A stretch of 64,000 nucleotides of DNA. It comes from Pseudomonadota bacterium (lineage in GTDB: Bacteria; Pseudomonadota; Alphaproteobacteria; Rhizobiales; Xanthobacteraceae). The DNA lies in assembly GCA_023451825.1 (NCBI GenBank), contig JAEXYA010000017.1:12681-76680 (forward strand), read 5' to 3'. Positions 54,138 to 63,105 of this stretch are shown here, piece after piece (position 1 is the first letter of the stretch; every line of letters begins with the position of its first letter). The notes below the pieces were generated by a model that was not told the DNA's origin, did not search any database, and saw nothing but the letters and a program-made list of their open reading frames with translations. The translations under genes and the position numbers were made by a program.

Positions 54138-54326
54138 ATGAAAATGGCGCCCGATCTGATCGAAATCGATATCGACGAAATCGTATCGACCTGTAACGGA
54201 GATCTGCGCGGCGCCGTGAAGGCCCTGTTGCTGGTCAACGAACAGCTCGAGACGGAACTGCAGCAGCTCTATGCCGCGTCAGTTCGCGGTGGCGCAATCC
54301 GCCCCGGTACGGGCGCTGTGCATTAG
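54138..54326 (+). CDS. Small hypothetical protein (62 aa)
   Basis: ATG 54138 preceded by aggtggag: MKMAPDLIEIDIDEIVSTCNGDLRGAVKALLLVNEQLETELQQL... I recognise no family. Confidence 0.4.
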   Translation: MKMAPDLIEIDIDEIVSTCNGDLRGAVKALLLVNEQLETELQQLYAASVRGGAIRPGTGAVH

Positions 54327-54331
54327 TTTCC

Positions 54332-54421
54332 GTAGCCTGGACGGCGCGAAACGAAATCCAGGACCAGCCGAGCGAATTGAAGCTGGGGTCCCCGGATTGC
54401 GCTGCGCTCCATCCTGGCCAC
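54332..54421. repeat. REP-like inverted repeat (family C: GCCTGGACGGCGCGAAACGAAATCCAGG ... CCGGATTGCGCTGCGCTCCATCCTGGC)
   Basis: Two imperfectly complementary arms of about 30 nt in the intergenic space before the MscS-family gene stop. Single copy in the window. Confidence 0.45.
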
Positions 54422-54443
54422 GCATAGCGTGCCCGCTGACTAC

Positions 54444-56879
54444 TTACGCGCGGCGCTGTTCTTTCTTTGCGTCCTTCGCCTCCCCGGCGTCACTGTCGTC
54501 AACGACCTCTTCCTTCGCCGGCGGGGGGAGCTGCATGATCGTGGTCTGGTTCGGAGCAGCGACCGCGATCCCCTCTTCCTGCAAGCGCATTTTCATGCGG
54601 CGATTGAATTCACGCTGCACGCCCCAGCGGCCGGTATCCGTACAGCGGATCTGACCGACCAGCGTGGCCATCGAACCATCCACCTTATCGACGCCCCACA
54701 ATTCCAGATCGCTGCGCATGAGCGGACGATAGGCGTCCTCCTTGCGCATCTCGATGGCGATCTCCTTGAGGATCGCACCGACACGATCGGTATCTTCCTT
54801 GTAATCGACGCTCACGGACACCGCCGCATTGCCGACGCCGCGGCTGGAATTCGTAATGGTGGTCACCGCGCTGAATGGAATGATGTGGACCGAACCATCG
54901 CCGGCGCGAAGGCGGATGGTGCGGATCGACAGGTTCTCGACCACGCCGGACAGGCCAGACACCGCAACCGTGTCGCCCACCTGCACGGTGCTCTCGAGCA
55001 GAAGGAACAGGCCGGTGATGACATCCTGCACGAGCTTCTGCGAACCGAAACCAATGGCGACGCCGAGAATGCCGGCGCCGGCCAGCAGCGGCGCGACATT
55101 GACGCCGATTTCGCTGAGCACCGTGAGCGCGATCACCGCAATGATCACACCCAGCAATGCGGTGCGCAGCATGGGCTGGAAGGTGCGCAGCCGCGCAGCG
55201 CGCGCAAAGTGGCCGTCGCGCGTAAGCGACGTGAGCTGCCGCTCCATCAGCGCATTGGTGCCTTCCCAGACGACCGCGGCGGTCACAGCCGCGATCGCCA
55301 CCGTGACGAATGCCGAAACGACGCGACTGCCGATCTGGCCGCCATAGAACCAGACAATCGCGTTGACGCCCCATACTTCTAGCAGCGCCACGAGACCGAT
55401 GACGGCCACGATGCCCGCCACGACTTTGCGCAGCACCGGCAGATAGCGATTGGCCCGCGTCTCCAGTCCCGGGAAGCGCTTCAGGACTTCGGGCCGGATG
55501 CGGAAGCCGCGATCGATCAGGCTGAGCGCCATCATCGAGACGAGGCGCGTGATCAGCACGACGACCACGGTCCCAACGATATATTGCAGCAAGAGCGCGT
55601 AGCCGTTGCGAATATTGAGCGCCCAGATGCCCCAGGCCGCCATCACGATGACGATGCCGAAGACGTGCCACAGGCTCGCAAAGCGATTGCGCATGCCGTT
55701 CAGGAAGCCGGTGGCCCCGACGGGCCCGCGCAGCGCATCGGCCACCGGTTTGCGACACTGCAGAATGATGACCACGACGAACAAATGCACGACAAGCATC
55801 ACGATCTTGATCAGAGCCAGATGCGCCGAACGATAAAGGCCCATCATCAACGCGACATTGGCGATCGCGATGCCTGTTGCGCCGACCCCGACGATGCGGC
55901 GCGTCCAGATTTCGAGATAGGCTGCGGTCTCTTCCTTCACCCGGAACAACGCGAGCGGACCGAACAAAGCGCGCATACCGCAGATGATGGCGCGCGCCAC
56001 CACATAGGAGTTCACGATGGCGAGGATCGCGAGACGCGTGGTGCCGGCGTCGCCGATCTGGGTGCCGAGCAGCAACGATACAGTGCTGGTGAAAACGAAG
56101 ATCGGGATCAGTTCGAGCAGCAGGCGACCGATCACATAAGGTAGCCGAAGCAGCGACTGCCACGCGCGCGTCAGGCTGCGGCGGCGCGTGTTGAGATCGG
56201 GCACTTCGGTGATATCGGCCGTCGAGGACGGCGGATCGGCACTGGCGATGACGGCCGAGGGCGCCCGCGCAACGAAGGGAATCCGAGCTTCGAGCGCCGC
56301 TTGTGGTCGGCGCAGCAGCCAGACGACGAGCCACTCGGCAGCAAGCGCACCGCCGAACACGACGATGAGCTTCCAGGCGATATCGAACAGGAGCTGATAG
56401 GTGTCGGGATCGTTGGCGGCGTTTTGCAGCCAGTACCATAGCGCGGGGAAGCGCGTGACCGACTGCACGGCGACCGAAACCTCACGCGAAATATCGCCGA
56501 GCTGATCCGCAATCGTCACCAGCAATTGCGCGCCGAGACTGTCGGCATCGAGCGGGATCGCGGGCTTCTTTTCAGGCTCTGCAGGCTTCGCCTGGGCGAT
56601 CGCCTGCAGCGTAGTGATCATCTCCTTGCGCTTGGCATCGTCCTGCAACGTCTCCAGCGCGGCTTTCGCCTGGGCCGGCGTGAGCGCAGGCGCTGCGGCT
56701 GCAGCCGGCGCATCAGCCTTCTGCGCCAGCGCAGGCGCGCTGAATGGCGCTGCGAGCAAAAGACATAACAATGCGAAAAGCGGGAAAGACTTCTTCGCCA
56801 AGACGAGCCCCTTCAAGACGATCTGGAAAGCGCCTTTTTCGCCTATTTCATGTGTCGGAAGTTTGGTTCCGGAGCTCAA
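54444..56879 (-). CDS. Mechanosensitive ion channel, MscS/MscK-like large form
   Basis: 811 aa. Signal peptide plus a periplasmic region, multiple TM helices, and an MscS core (GVAIGFGSQKLVQDVITGLFLLLESTVQVGDTV). Confidence 0.9.
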   Translation of the reverse strand: MSSGTKLPTHEIGEKGAFQIVLKGLVLAKKSFPLFALLCLLLAAPFSAPALAQKADAPAAAAAPALTPAQAKAALETLQDDAKRKEMITTLQAIAQAKPAEPEKKPAIPLDADSLGAQLLVTIADQLGDISREVSVAVQSVTRFPALWYWLQNAANDPDTYQLLFDIAWKLIVVFGGALAAEWLVVWLLRRPQAALEARIPFVARAPSAVIASADPPSSTADITEVPDLNTRRRSLTRAWQSLLRLPYVIGRLLLELIPIFVFTSTVSLLLGTQIGDAGTTRLAILAIVNSYVVARAIICGMRALFGPLALFRVKEETAAYLEIWTRRIVGVGATGIAIANVALMMGLYRSAHLALIKIVMLVVHLFVVVIILQCRKPVADALRGPVGATGFLNGMRNRFASLWHVFGIVIVMAAWGIWALNIRNGYALLLQYIVGTVVVVLITRLVSMMALSLIDRGFRIRPEVLKRFPGLETRANRYLPVLRKVVAGIVAVIGLVALLEVWGVNAIVWFYGGQIGSRVVSAFVTVAIAAVTAAVVWEGTNALMERQLTSLTRDGHFARAARLRTFQPMLRTALLGVIIAVIALTVLSEIGVNVAPLLAGAGILGVAIGFGSQKLVQDVITGLFLLLESTVQVGDTVAVSGLSGVVENLSIRTIRLRAGDGSVHIIPFSAVTTITNSSRGVGNAAVSVSVDYKEDTDRVGAILKEIAIEMRKEDAYRPLMRSDLELWGVDKVDGSMATLVGQIRCTDTGRWGVQREFNRRMKMRLQEEGIAVAAPNQTTIMQLPPPAKEEVVDDSDAGEAKDAKKEQRRA

Positions 56880-56930
56880 AACATGCGAGAATCTGCAAAA
56901 TCACGGCAGAGATGCGCGGAGCGGGACGCG

Positions 56931-57575
56931 TCAGATATCGCGGCCTTCGACCTTTTCGGTCAATGACTTGACCAGTTCCGGCACCTTTTCGAGATGCGGA
57001 TTGACGGCGAGCGCCTTACGATAGGCTTCGAGCGCCCGTTTATCGTCGCCGAATTCCTGCATAATCATGCCGAGGCCGGCCAAAGCCCCGAAATGCCGGG
57101 GCTCCCGCGCCAGCACCTGCTCGATATCTTCGAGGGCACGGGTGTAGTCGTTCTGCAAATAATACAGCGTTGCCCGCCGGTTCCAGCCTTCGATGTAGTC
57201 CGGCTTGAGCTTGACCACGGCGCTGAGCAGTTTCACCGAGACGTCGATCTGCTTGGCGTCCAGCGCGGTCTTGGCGCGGGTCATCAGCAAAGCTGCCGTA
57301 TCGCTCTGGGTCTGCGACCACTGCGCCCAGATTCGGCCTTCGACGTGTTTGGCGCTGGCCTCATCCGGCGCGGCTTTCAGGGCGCCGAACAGAAAATCCA
57401 GGCCGCGGATCCTGTCCGCACCGATTTTCGGAAGTTTTTCAGGGGCTTGGGGGATGGCTTTGGGCGTGCTGGGCTCGACCGATTTAGGGTCCTTGACCTG
57501 CGCAAACGCAGGACTTGCCGCCAAGAGGACGGTGAGCAGAACGCCAAAACCTGCGGTCCGGACTTGCGATGCCAT
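56931..57575 (-). CDS. Secreted TPR-repeat protein
   Basis: 214 aa. Signal peptide (...ASPAFAQ) and TPR units (YIEGWNRRATLYYLQNDYTRALEDIEQVLAREPRHFGALAGLGMI...). Confidence 0.8.
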   Translation of the reverse strand: MASQVRTAGFGVLLTVLLAASPAFAQVKDPKSVEPSTPKAIPQAPEKLPKIGADRIRGLDFLFGALKAAPDEASAKHVEGRIWAQWSQTQSDTAALLMTRAKTALDAKQIDVSVKLLSAVVKLKPDYIEGWNRRATLYYLQNDYTRALEDIEQVLAREPRHFGALAGLGMIMQEFGDDKRALEAYRKALAVNPHLEKVPELVKSLTEKVEGRDI

Positions 57576-57592
57576 GGGTGAAGTCTAGACAC

Positions 57593-57622
57593 GAAAAAAC
57601 GCGCTGCAAAGCGGCAGCGCGT
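57593..57622 (-). terminator. Rho-independent terminator of rpmJ
   Basis: The minus strand reads acgcgctgc-cgcttt-gcagcgcgt followed by TTTTT. Confidence 0.75.
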
Positions 57623-57676
57623 CAAAGACCTGTGATGTCGTGATGCCGGCCGGAAAATCTCCAGCCGAACAGCAGC

Positions 57677-57802
57677 TTAACCCTGGCGAGCCTTGAAGCG
57701 ACGCTGGGTCTTGTTGATCACGTAAACGCGGCCCTTGCGGCGAACCAGACGGTTGTCGCGGTGACGGGCGCGCAGCGATTTCAACGAGTTACGGACTTTC
57801 AT
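57677..57802 (-). CDS. rpmJ: 50S ribosomal protein L36 (Cys-less, zinc-independent type)
   Basis: 41 aa from an internal Met (complement 57800-57802): [41 protein letters not shown]. Confidence 0.9.
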   Translation of the reverse strand: MKVRNSLKSLRARHRDNRLVRRKGRVYVINKTQRRFKARQG

Positions 57803-58029
57803 CGGTCGATCCTGAGTGCTTGCGATCGTGACTTCACATGCCATGCGTCGCAGGCCGAAATCAGCGAAAATGAGCTTTAACCCGCTGGCAGCCAAGCCGC
57901 CCGGGACCCGCGGTTTCTAGCCACCACCGACCCCACTGTCAATCGAAACGGCCGACATCGCGCCTTTCGCGCGCGACATTTACAGGCCTTTGTCTCGTCG
58001 AGTGCCAAATTCCGTGCGGCAACACAGCG

Positions 58030-59013
58030 TCATTCTTGCGGCACGTTTGCGGTCTTGACGACACCGCGCCATTTGGCGATTTCCGAACCGACAAAGGCCG
58101 CAAATTCGGCTCCGGTTCGCCTGCCGGGCTCAACGCCCTGCGTGGCGAACTTTTCTCGAGTCGCCGGGTCGGCCAGGATTTCCTGCATCGCCGCGACCAG
58201 TTTCTTGTAGACCGGGTTCCCATCCGCCTGCGGCATATACATCCCGAACCAGGACGTCGCCTCGAATCCCTTCACCCCCGCCTCATCGAGCGTCGGCACG
58301 TCGGGCAGCGATGCGGCGCGCCGGAGGCTCGTGACAGCGAGCACGCGAATATTGCCGGCCTGCGCCGCGGGCAGCACCGTCGGCAGCGTGTCGAACATGA
58401 TCGGGATGTGCCCGCCGATCAGATCGTTCATCGCAGGTGCCGCGCCCTTGTAGGGAATGTGCTCGATATTGACGCCGGCCATCTGCTCGAACAATTCGCC
58501 GGCAAGATGATTGGCGCCGCCGATGCCCGAAGAACCGAACGACAATGTGCCCGGCTCCTTCTTCGCCATCGCGATCAATTCGGCGACGGTCTCGGCCGGA
58601 AAATCTTTCGACACACACAACGCATTCGGCGCCGTCGCCACCACGGCGATCGGCGAGAAGTCTTTCTGTGTGTCGTATGGCAGGCTCTTCCGCAGGCTCG
58701 GATTGATGACGTGATGCGTCGCCGTGATCAGCAATACGCTGCCATCGGCGGGCGACTTCGCCACCGCATCGGAGCCGATGGTCCCCGATGCGCCCGGACG
58801 ATTCTCGACCATGGCCGTGACGCCGAGCCTGTCACCGAGATACTGCGCGACGAAGCGCGCGAGAATGTCGGTGGTGCCGCCGGCCGGGAACGGCACGATG
58901 ATCTTGATCAGATTGCCGGGAATCGTCTGCGCACGCGCGGGCACAGCGGCGAGGCAAGCCACGGCCAAAACGGCCAGCATGCGTCTGCTGAGCAATGTCA
59001 ATTCGTCCTCCAA
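58030..59013 (-). CDS. Tripartite tricarboxylate transporter substrate-binding protein (Bug/TctC family)
   Basis: Signal peptide ...AAVPARAQ, then IKIIVPFPAGGTTDILAR and GANHLAGE. The start codon is uncertain: the track uses a TTG at 59013, and an ATG at 58980 is also possible. Confidence 0.85.
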   Translation of the reverse strand: MEDELTLLSRRMLAVLAVACLAAVPARAQTIPGNLIKIIVPFPAGGTTDILARFVAQYLGDRLGVTAMVENRPGASGTIGSDAVAKSPADGSVLLITATHHVINPSLRKSLPYDTQKDFSPIAVVATAPNALCVSKDFPAETVAELIAMAKKEPGTLSFGSSGIGGANHLAGELFEQMAGVNIEHIPYKGAAPAMNDLIGGHIPIMFDTLPTVLPAAQAGNIRVLAVTSLRRAASLPDVPTLDEAGVKGFEATSWFGMYMPQADGNPVYKKLVAAMQEILADPATREKFATQGVEPGRRTGAEFAAFVGSEIAKWRGVVKTANVPQE

Positions 59014-59099
59014 TATCGATTCTTATTGAATGACGTGCGAGGCTAGCCGCACGTCATTGCGCAAAGCTGTCGTTCAAAATCGATCGGAGTATAGGGCAC

Positions 59100-59540
59100 T
59101 CAGGCGGAAAGCGGAAACTCCACCATCGCCTCGCCGGTCGCGACCTTTTCGTCGTTCTGGTTTTTCACCAGCACATCGATGAGCACCCAGCGCGATTTCT
59201 GAGTCACCTGCTTGGCCTTGATGATGCCCACCGGTTGAATCGTATCGCCCGGCTTCACCGGCTTGACCCAGCGCGTTTCAAGCCGGCGATGAATCGCACC
59301 GGCCGGATACGCCCAATCCGTCAGCATGCGGGTGATGAGCCCGAAATTGTTCATGCCATGCATGATGATGCCGCCGAAATTGGTCTTGCCGAATGCGTTC
59401 TTCATGTAGTCGTCGTCGAGATGCAGCGGATTGTAATCGAGCGAGCCGTCGCAGAAGAGACGGATGGATTCGCGCGATACGGCGAAGCTCGGGCCATCGA
59501 TGGTGTCGCCGGCATTCAATGTTTCGAAATTCATGCTCAT
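59100..59540 (-). CDS. MaoC-like (hot-dog fold) dehydratase subunit
   Basis: 146 aa: ...DYNPLHLDDDYMKNAFGKTNFGGIIMHGM... Confidence 0.85.
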   Translation of the reverse strand: MSMNFETLNAGDTIDGPSFAVSRESIRLFCDGSLDYNPLHLDDDYMKNAFGKTNFGGIIMHGMNNFGLITRMLTDWAYPAGAIHRRLETRWVKPVKPGDTIQPVGIIKAKQVTQKSRWVLIDVLVKNQNDEKVATGEAMVEFPLSA

Positions 59541-59560
59541 GAATTCTCTCCCGCGCTCGC

Positions 59561-60031
59561 TTACATCGGACGGATGGTCTGGCCGCGGCCAGAGCAGATG
59601 ACGTCGCCGTGCTGATTGAAGAACACGTTGTCATGCACGACGAACAGCCGCTCACGCTTGATGAACTTGTCGAGCGCGCGGGCCTGCAGCGTGATGGTGT
59701 CGCCGGGCCGCGCCGGGATGTTGTAACTCCAGCTTTGGCCCGCATTCACGGTGCCGGGCGTGCGCATCCAGTCGTCGGTGGGCGTGCAGGAAAACATCAG
59801 CAGGATGTGGATCGAGGGCGGCGCGATCAGCCCCTCGTAAGGCGATGCCTTCGCGTAAGCTTCATCGAAGTACAGTGGATGATCTTCACCGACCGAGCGG
59901 CAATACAATTGGATCGCCTCCTTGGTCAGCACATAAGGCAGCGTCTTGCGCGGAACGCCGGGGACGATCTCGTCCCAGACCTTCCGCAAATTCGCGTCCT
60001 TCCAGAAATCGGTTTCAAAAACTTGCGTCAT
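59561..60031 (-). CDS. MaoC N-terminal-like hot-dog fold protein (partner subunit)
   Basis: MTQVFETDFWKD...SVGEDHPLYFDEAYAKASPYEGLIAPPS. ATG at complement 60029-60031 preceded by gggag. The track ORF extends to 60055. Confidence 0.7.
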   Translation of the reverse strand: MTQVFETDFWKDANLRKVWDEIVPGVPRKTLPYVLTKEAIQLYCRSVGEDHPLYFDEAYAKASPYEGLIAPPSIHILLMFSCTPTDDWMRTPGTVNAGQSWSYNIPARPGDTITLQARALDKFIKRERLFVVHDNVFFNQHGDVICSGRGQTIRPM

Positions 60032-60137
60032 TCTATCGACTCCCATAATGTTCATCTGGCGAACTTTTTATTCGTGTTGCGAACTATTTTTAGGCGATTT
60101 TGACTGACCTGCAAGGCGGGCGCTGAAGGGACTAAAC

Positions 60138-60908
60138 GTGGCCAAGGAAAGTGATGGATTTGTCCGTGCGATCGCGCGCGGCTTTGCGACGGTGGAAGCA
60201 TTGGGCAAGGCGCCCGGCCGGCACACGCTTTCCGAAGTCGCAGCGATTGCCGGCCTCAGCCGCGCCACGGCGCGGCGTATGCTGGCGACGTTGGTGGTGA
60301 TGAAATATTGCGAGGCCGATGGCCGCTATTTCAGCCTGCGCCCGCGCGCGCTCGGCCTCGGCCTGTCCTATCTCAACGCGCTGCCCTATTGGGGTTATGC
60401 GCAGCGCGCGCTGGAAGACCTGCGCAACGAGACCGGCGAATCCTGCGCGCTCGCCGTGCTCGACGAGACCGAGATCGTCTATGCGCTGCGCCTTCCTGCG
60501 CGACGCATTCTCTCCGCCAATCTTGCCGTCGGCAGCCGCCTGCCCGCGCATGTGGTGTCGCTCGGCCGCGTGCTGCTGGCCGCACTGCCGGCCGACAAAC
60601 GCGCGGACTATCTCGCGACCACCGACTTCCAGCAATTGACCGCGCGCACGGTCGTCGACCCGACGGAGTTGGGCCGCGAACTCGATCGTGTTGACAGTGA
60701 AGGCTATGGCTGGATCGACGGTGAACTCGATCCCGCGATCTGCGGCATCGCCGTGCCGGTGCGGGACCATATGGGGCGCGTCGTGGCAGCGATCAGCGTG
60801 AATACGATTTCGGGCACGCTGACCGAGGCGGAAGCGAAGGAGAAGTATCTCGTGCCACTGCGCAGGACGGCGCAGGATATCCGGACGCAGGCTTCCGCGG
60901 CAGGGTGA
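60138..60908 (+). CDS. IclR-family transcriptional regulator (PcaR/PcaU-like)
   Basis: GTG start. FVRAIARGFATVEALGKAPGRHTLSEVAAIAGLSRATARRML and a C-terminal effector domain with ICGIAVPV. Confidence 0.9.
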   Translation: MAKESDGFVRAIARGFATVEALGKAPGRHTLSEVAAIAGLSRATARRMLATLVVMKYCEADGRYFSLRPRALGLGLSYLNALPYWGYAQRALEDLRNETGESCALAVLDETEIVYALRLPARRILSANLAVGSRLPAHVVSLGRVLLAALPADKRADYLATTDFQQLTARTVVDPTELGRELDRVDSEGYGWIDGELDPAICGIAVPVRDHMGRVVAAISVNTISGTLTEAEAKEKYLVPLRRTAQDIRTQASAAG

Positions 60909-61011
60909 AAATCAAAAAGACTGCCGCAACATAAGTAGAAGCCCAAGCGACAAGGTCGTCCACTCAAAAGTACGATGGACGTACATCGTCAATTTCGCCA
61001 TATTTGCTGGC

Positions 61012-61296
61012 ATGATCCTCAGCTTTAGAGACAAGCGGACGGAGCTTTTCGCCAAAGGCGAATTCGTTCGAGCGTTTCAGGGCTTCGACAAGCAGCGTTG
61101 GACGCGATTGGAGATTCTCGAAGCCGCCGTCACTTAGTCCGATCTGGCAGGATTGCCAAGCAATCGTCTTGAAGCACTCAAAGGCGATCGTTCAGGCCAG
61201 TACTCGATCCGCATCAACCAGCAATGGCGCATTTGCTTCGTCTGGCCGGAAGGAGACCAGGGGCCATCCGAAGTAGAGATCGTCGATTACCATTGA
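61012..61296 (+). pseudogene. higB: higB-type (plasmid maintenance killer, RelE/ParE superfamily) toxin gene interrupted by an in-frame TAG at codon 42
   Basis: Own translation: [96 protein letters not shown] at 61135-61137, final TGA at 61294-61296. Not in the ORF track because both halves are under 60 aa. Confidence 0.8.
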
Positions 61297-61300
61297 GAAA

Positions 61301-61609
61301 ATGACCATGGCCCGACCGGCAATCCATCCTGGCGAAATTCTCGCCGACGAACTGAACGAGATCGACGTCACGCCGACCGAACTCTCAAGGCAGATCGGCG
61401 TGCCGCCTAATCGCATCTCGCAGATCATTCAGGGCAAGCGTTCGATCACCGGAGACACAGCGCTGCGGCTCGGTCACTGGTTTCAAACCAGCGCACAATT
61501 CTGGCTCAATCTCCAGATGGCTTACGATCTGAAGAAAGCGGCGGAGGAGTTCGGACGGGAGATTTCAGCGCTGCCGACCAAATCGACGGTGCGGCGTGCA
61601 GCGCGTTAG
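61301..61609 (+). CDS. higA: HigA-family antitoxin (XRE HTH)
   Basis: MTMARPAIHPGEILADELNEIDVTPTELSRQIGVPPNRISQIIQGKRSITGDTALRLGHWFQTSAQFWLNLQ is a canonical HigA sequence. Confidence 0.9.
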   Translation: MTMARPAIHPGEILADELNEIDVTPTELSRQIGVPPNRISQIIQGKRSITGDTALRLGHWFQTSAQFWLNLQMAYDLKKAAEEFGREISALPTKSTVRRAAR

Positions 61610-61692
61610 CCGTAGGATGGGTTGAGCGAAGCGATACCCATCACAGCAGGCGCATGTTGTGATGGGTATCGCTTCGCTTAACCCATCCTACG
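61610..61692. repeat. REP-like nested inverted repeat (family A), copy 4
   Basis: CCGTAGGATGGGTTGAGCGAAGCGATACCCATCACAGC...GTGATGGGTATCGCTTCGCTTAACCCATCCTACG. It abuts the higA stop. Confidence 0.85.
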
Positions 61693-61848
61693 AAGGCAAT
61701 GTGCCATCACCGCTAACGGCACCGCCAGCATCAGCCAGCTCAGCGCCCACCAGATGCCGCCTTCGCCGATCAGTGCGGCGAGCAAGCCGAACACGGTGAC
61801 GACACCGAGCATGATCGGCCACAGCCATTGGCGACGGAAGCTGCTCAT
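61678..61848 (-). CDS. Small two-TM membrane protein downstream of the PepSY gene
   Basis: 56 aa from an internal Met: MSSFRRQWLWPIMLGVVTVFGLLAALIGEGGIWWALSWLMLAVPLAVMAHCLRRMG. ATGA overlap with the PepSY-gene stop. Its last codons lie inside REP copy 4. Confidence 0.55.
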   Translation of the reverse strand: MSSFRRQWLWPIMLGVVTVFGLLAALIGEGGIWWALSWLMLAVPLAVMAHCLRRMG

Positions 61849-62969
61849 CGTGCCGCCGCCTGTAAGCCGACGATCGCCGTCCCCGCCGCGCGTCGCCGCC
61901 TTCGCTTCGCCCACCACAGATACAGTCCGCTGATCAGCACCACGATGGTCACGAGATCCAACAGTGCCCAGATGATCTTCAGCGGCAGGCCGCCGTAATC
62001 ACCAAAGTGCAGCGGCTGCGACATGAAGAGCGTGGTCGCATACCAGGGCATGTCACGCACCGAGACGATCTGGCCGGTCGTGGCATCGGCCAGTGCCGGC
62101 TTGAGGATGCGGCTGGTGATCGGCGTGTTGCCGGTGAGGAAAATCGCCACATGCGACGGCGTTGCGAAGGGCGTGCCGGGAAACGCCACGGTCATCACAT
62201 TCATGCCGGGCACGGCGGTGCGGACTTCACGCAGCACGTCGTCGATCCGCGCGCGTCTGGTCGGATCCTGCGCGGGCTTCGCCTGCGCGGCCATCTCGAC
62301 GAGCTGGTTGGCCTGCCATGCGAGTTCGATCGGCGCGGCCAATGTGTTGATCACGCCGGTGAAGCTGACGACGGCGAACCAGGCCAGCGTGCCGATGCCC
62401 AGCAGATTGTGCAGATCGAGCCATGTGCGCTGTGGCTTGCCGCGCCTGACGGCACCGAAATCGAGCCGGCGCGTGAACGGGCCATAGAGCACGACGCCGG
62501 AGACGATGGCGATGCACAGCAGCAGGCCCATGAAGCCGAGGAACAGCGTGCCGCCGATGCCGGCGAACAGATCGAGATGCAGCCGCAGCATGATGTAGAG
62601 AAAGCCCTCATTGGGCTGCGTGATATCGATCTGCCGGCCAGTGCGGGTGTCGAACACCTGATAGTGGAAATCGCCGGGATCGGTGGTCATCAAGGGCGCC
62701 GTCGGCACCTTCACAATGGGATGATCGCGATCGTAAAACAGATAGGGCACGACATGCCCCGGCCGTGCGGCGGACGCACGCGCGATGATGTCGTCAATCG
62801 AGGCCGCGCCCGGCGCGACGCTGGTGGTTTCGAGCTTGAGGTCGGGGCCGAGCTCGTCCTTGAAGATCAAGGGCAAGCCGGTGAGGCACAGCATCAGCGC
62901 GAACAGCGTGCAGACGAGGCTGCTCCAGCGATGCAGCCATGACCAGACGCGGATGGTGCGCGGGGTCAT
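61845..62969 (-). CDS. PepSY-associated TM-helix protein (PiuB-like, iron-uptake associated)
   Basis: MTPRTIRVWSWLHRWSSLVCTLFALMLCLTGLPLIF... plus later TM helices and WLDLHNLLGI. ATG at complement 62967-62969. The track ORF start at 63053 lies inside REP copy 5. Confidence 0.85.
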   Translation of the reverse strand: MTPRTIRVWSWLHRWSSLVCTLFALMLCLTGLPLIFKDELGPDLKLETTSVAPGAASIDDIIARASAARPGHVVPYLFYDRDHPIVKVPTAPLMTTDPGDFHYQVFDTRTGRQIDITQPNEGFLYIMLRLHLDLFAGIGGTLFLGFMGLLLCIAIVSGVVLYGPFTRRLDFGAVRRGKPQRTWLDLHNLLGIGTLAWFAVVSFTGVINTLAAPIELAWQANQLVEMAAQAKPAQDPTRRARIDDVLREVRTAVPGMNVMTVAFPGTPFATPSHVAIFLTGNTPITSRILKPALADATTGQIVSVRDMPWYATTLFMSQPLHFGDYGGLPLKIIWALLDLVTIVVLISGLYLWWAKRRRRRAAGTAIVGLQAAAR

Positions 62970-62988
62970 GGCGAGACAAACGCCGTTC

Positions 62989-63095
62989 GTAGGATGGGTT
63001 GAGCGGAGGCGCGCAGCGCCGCAGCGAAAACCCATCGGCGGAGCTTGCCGCATCGAAAGAATGATGGGTTTTCGCTGCGCTCAACCCATCCTACG
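62989..63095. repeat. REP-like nested inverted repeat (family A variant), copy 5
   Basis: GTAGGATGGGTTGAGCGGAGG...AAACCCATCGG...ATGATGGGTTTTCGCTGCGCTCAACCCATCCTACG. The outer arms are identical to the other copies and the inner arms are variant. Confidence 0.8.
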
Positions 63096-63105
63096 GTCCT
63101 GCGCT

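Noticed and set aside
54685-56439. 584-aa minus-strand ORF in a different frame of the MscS-family gene.
   Set aside because: It is an out-of-frame overlap with the 811-aa channel ORF, which has the MscS core motif. The alternative frame is extremely Arg-rich.
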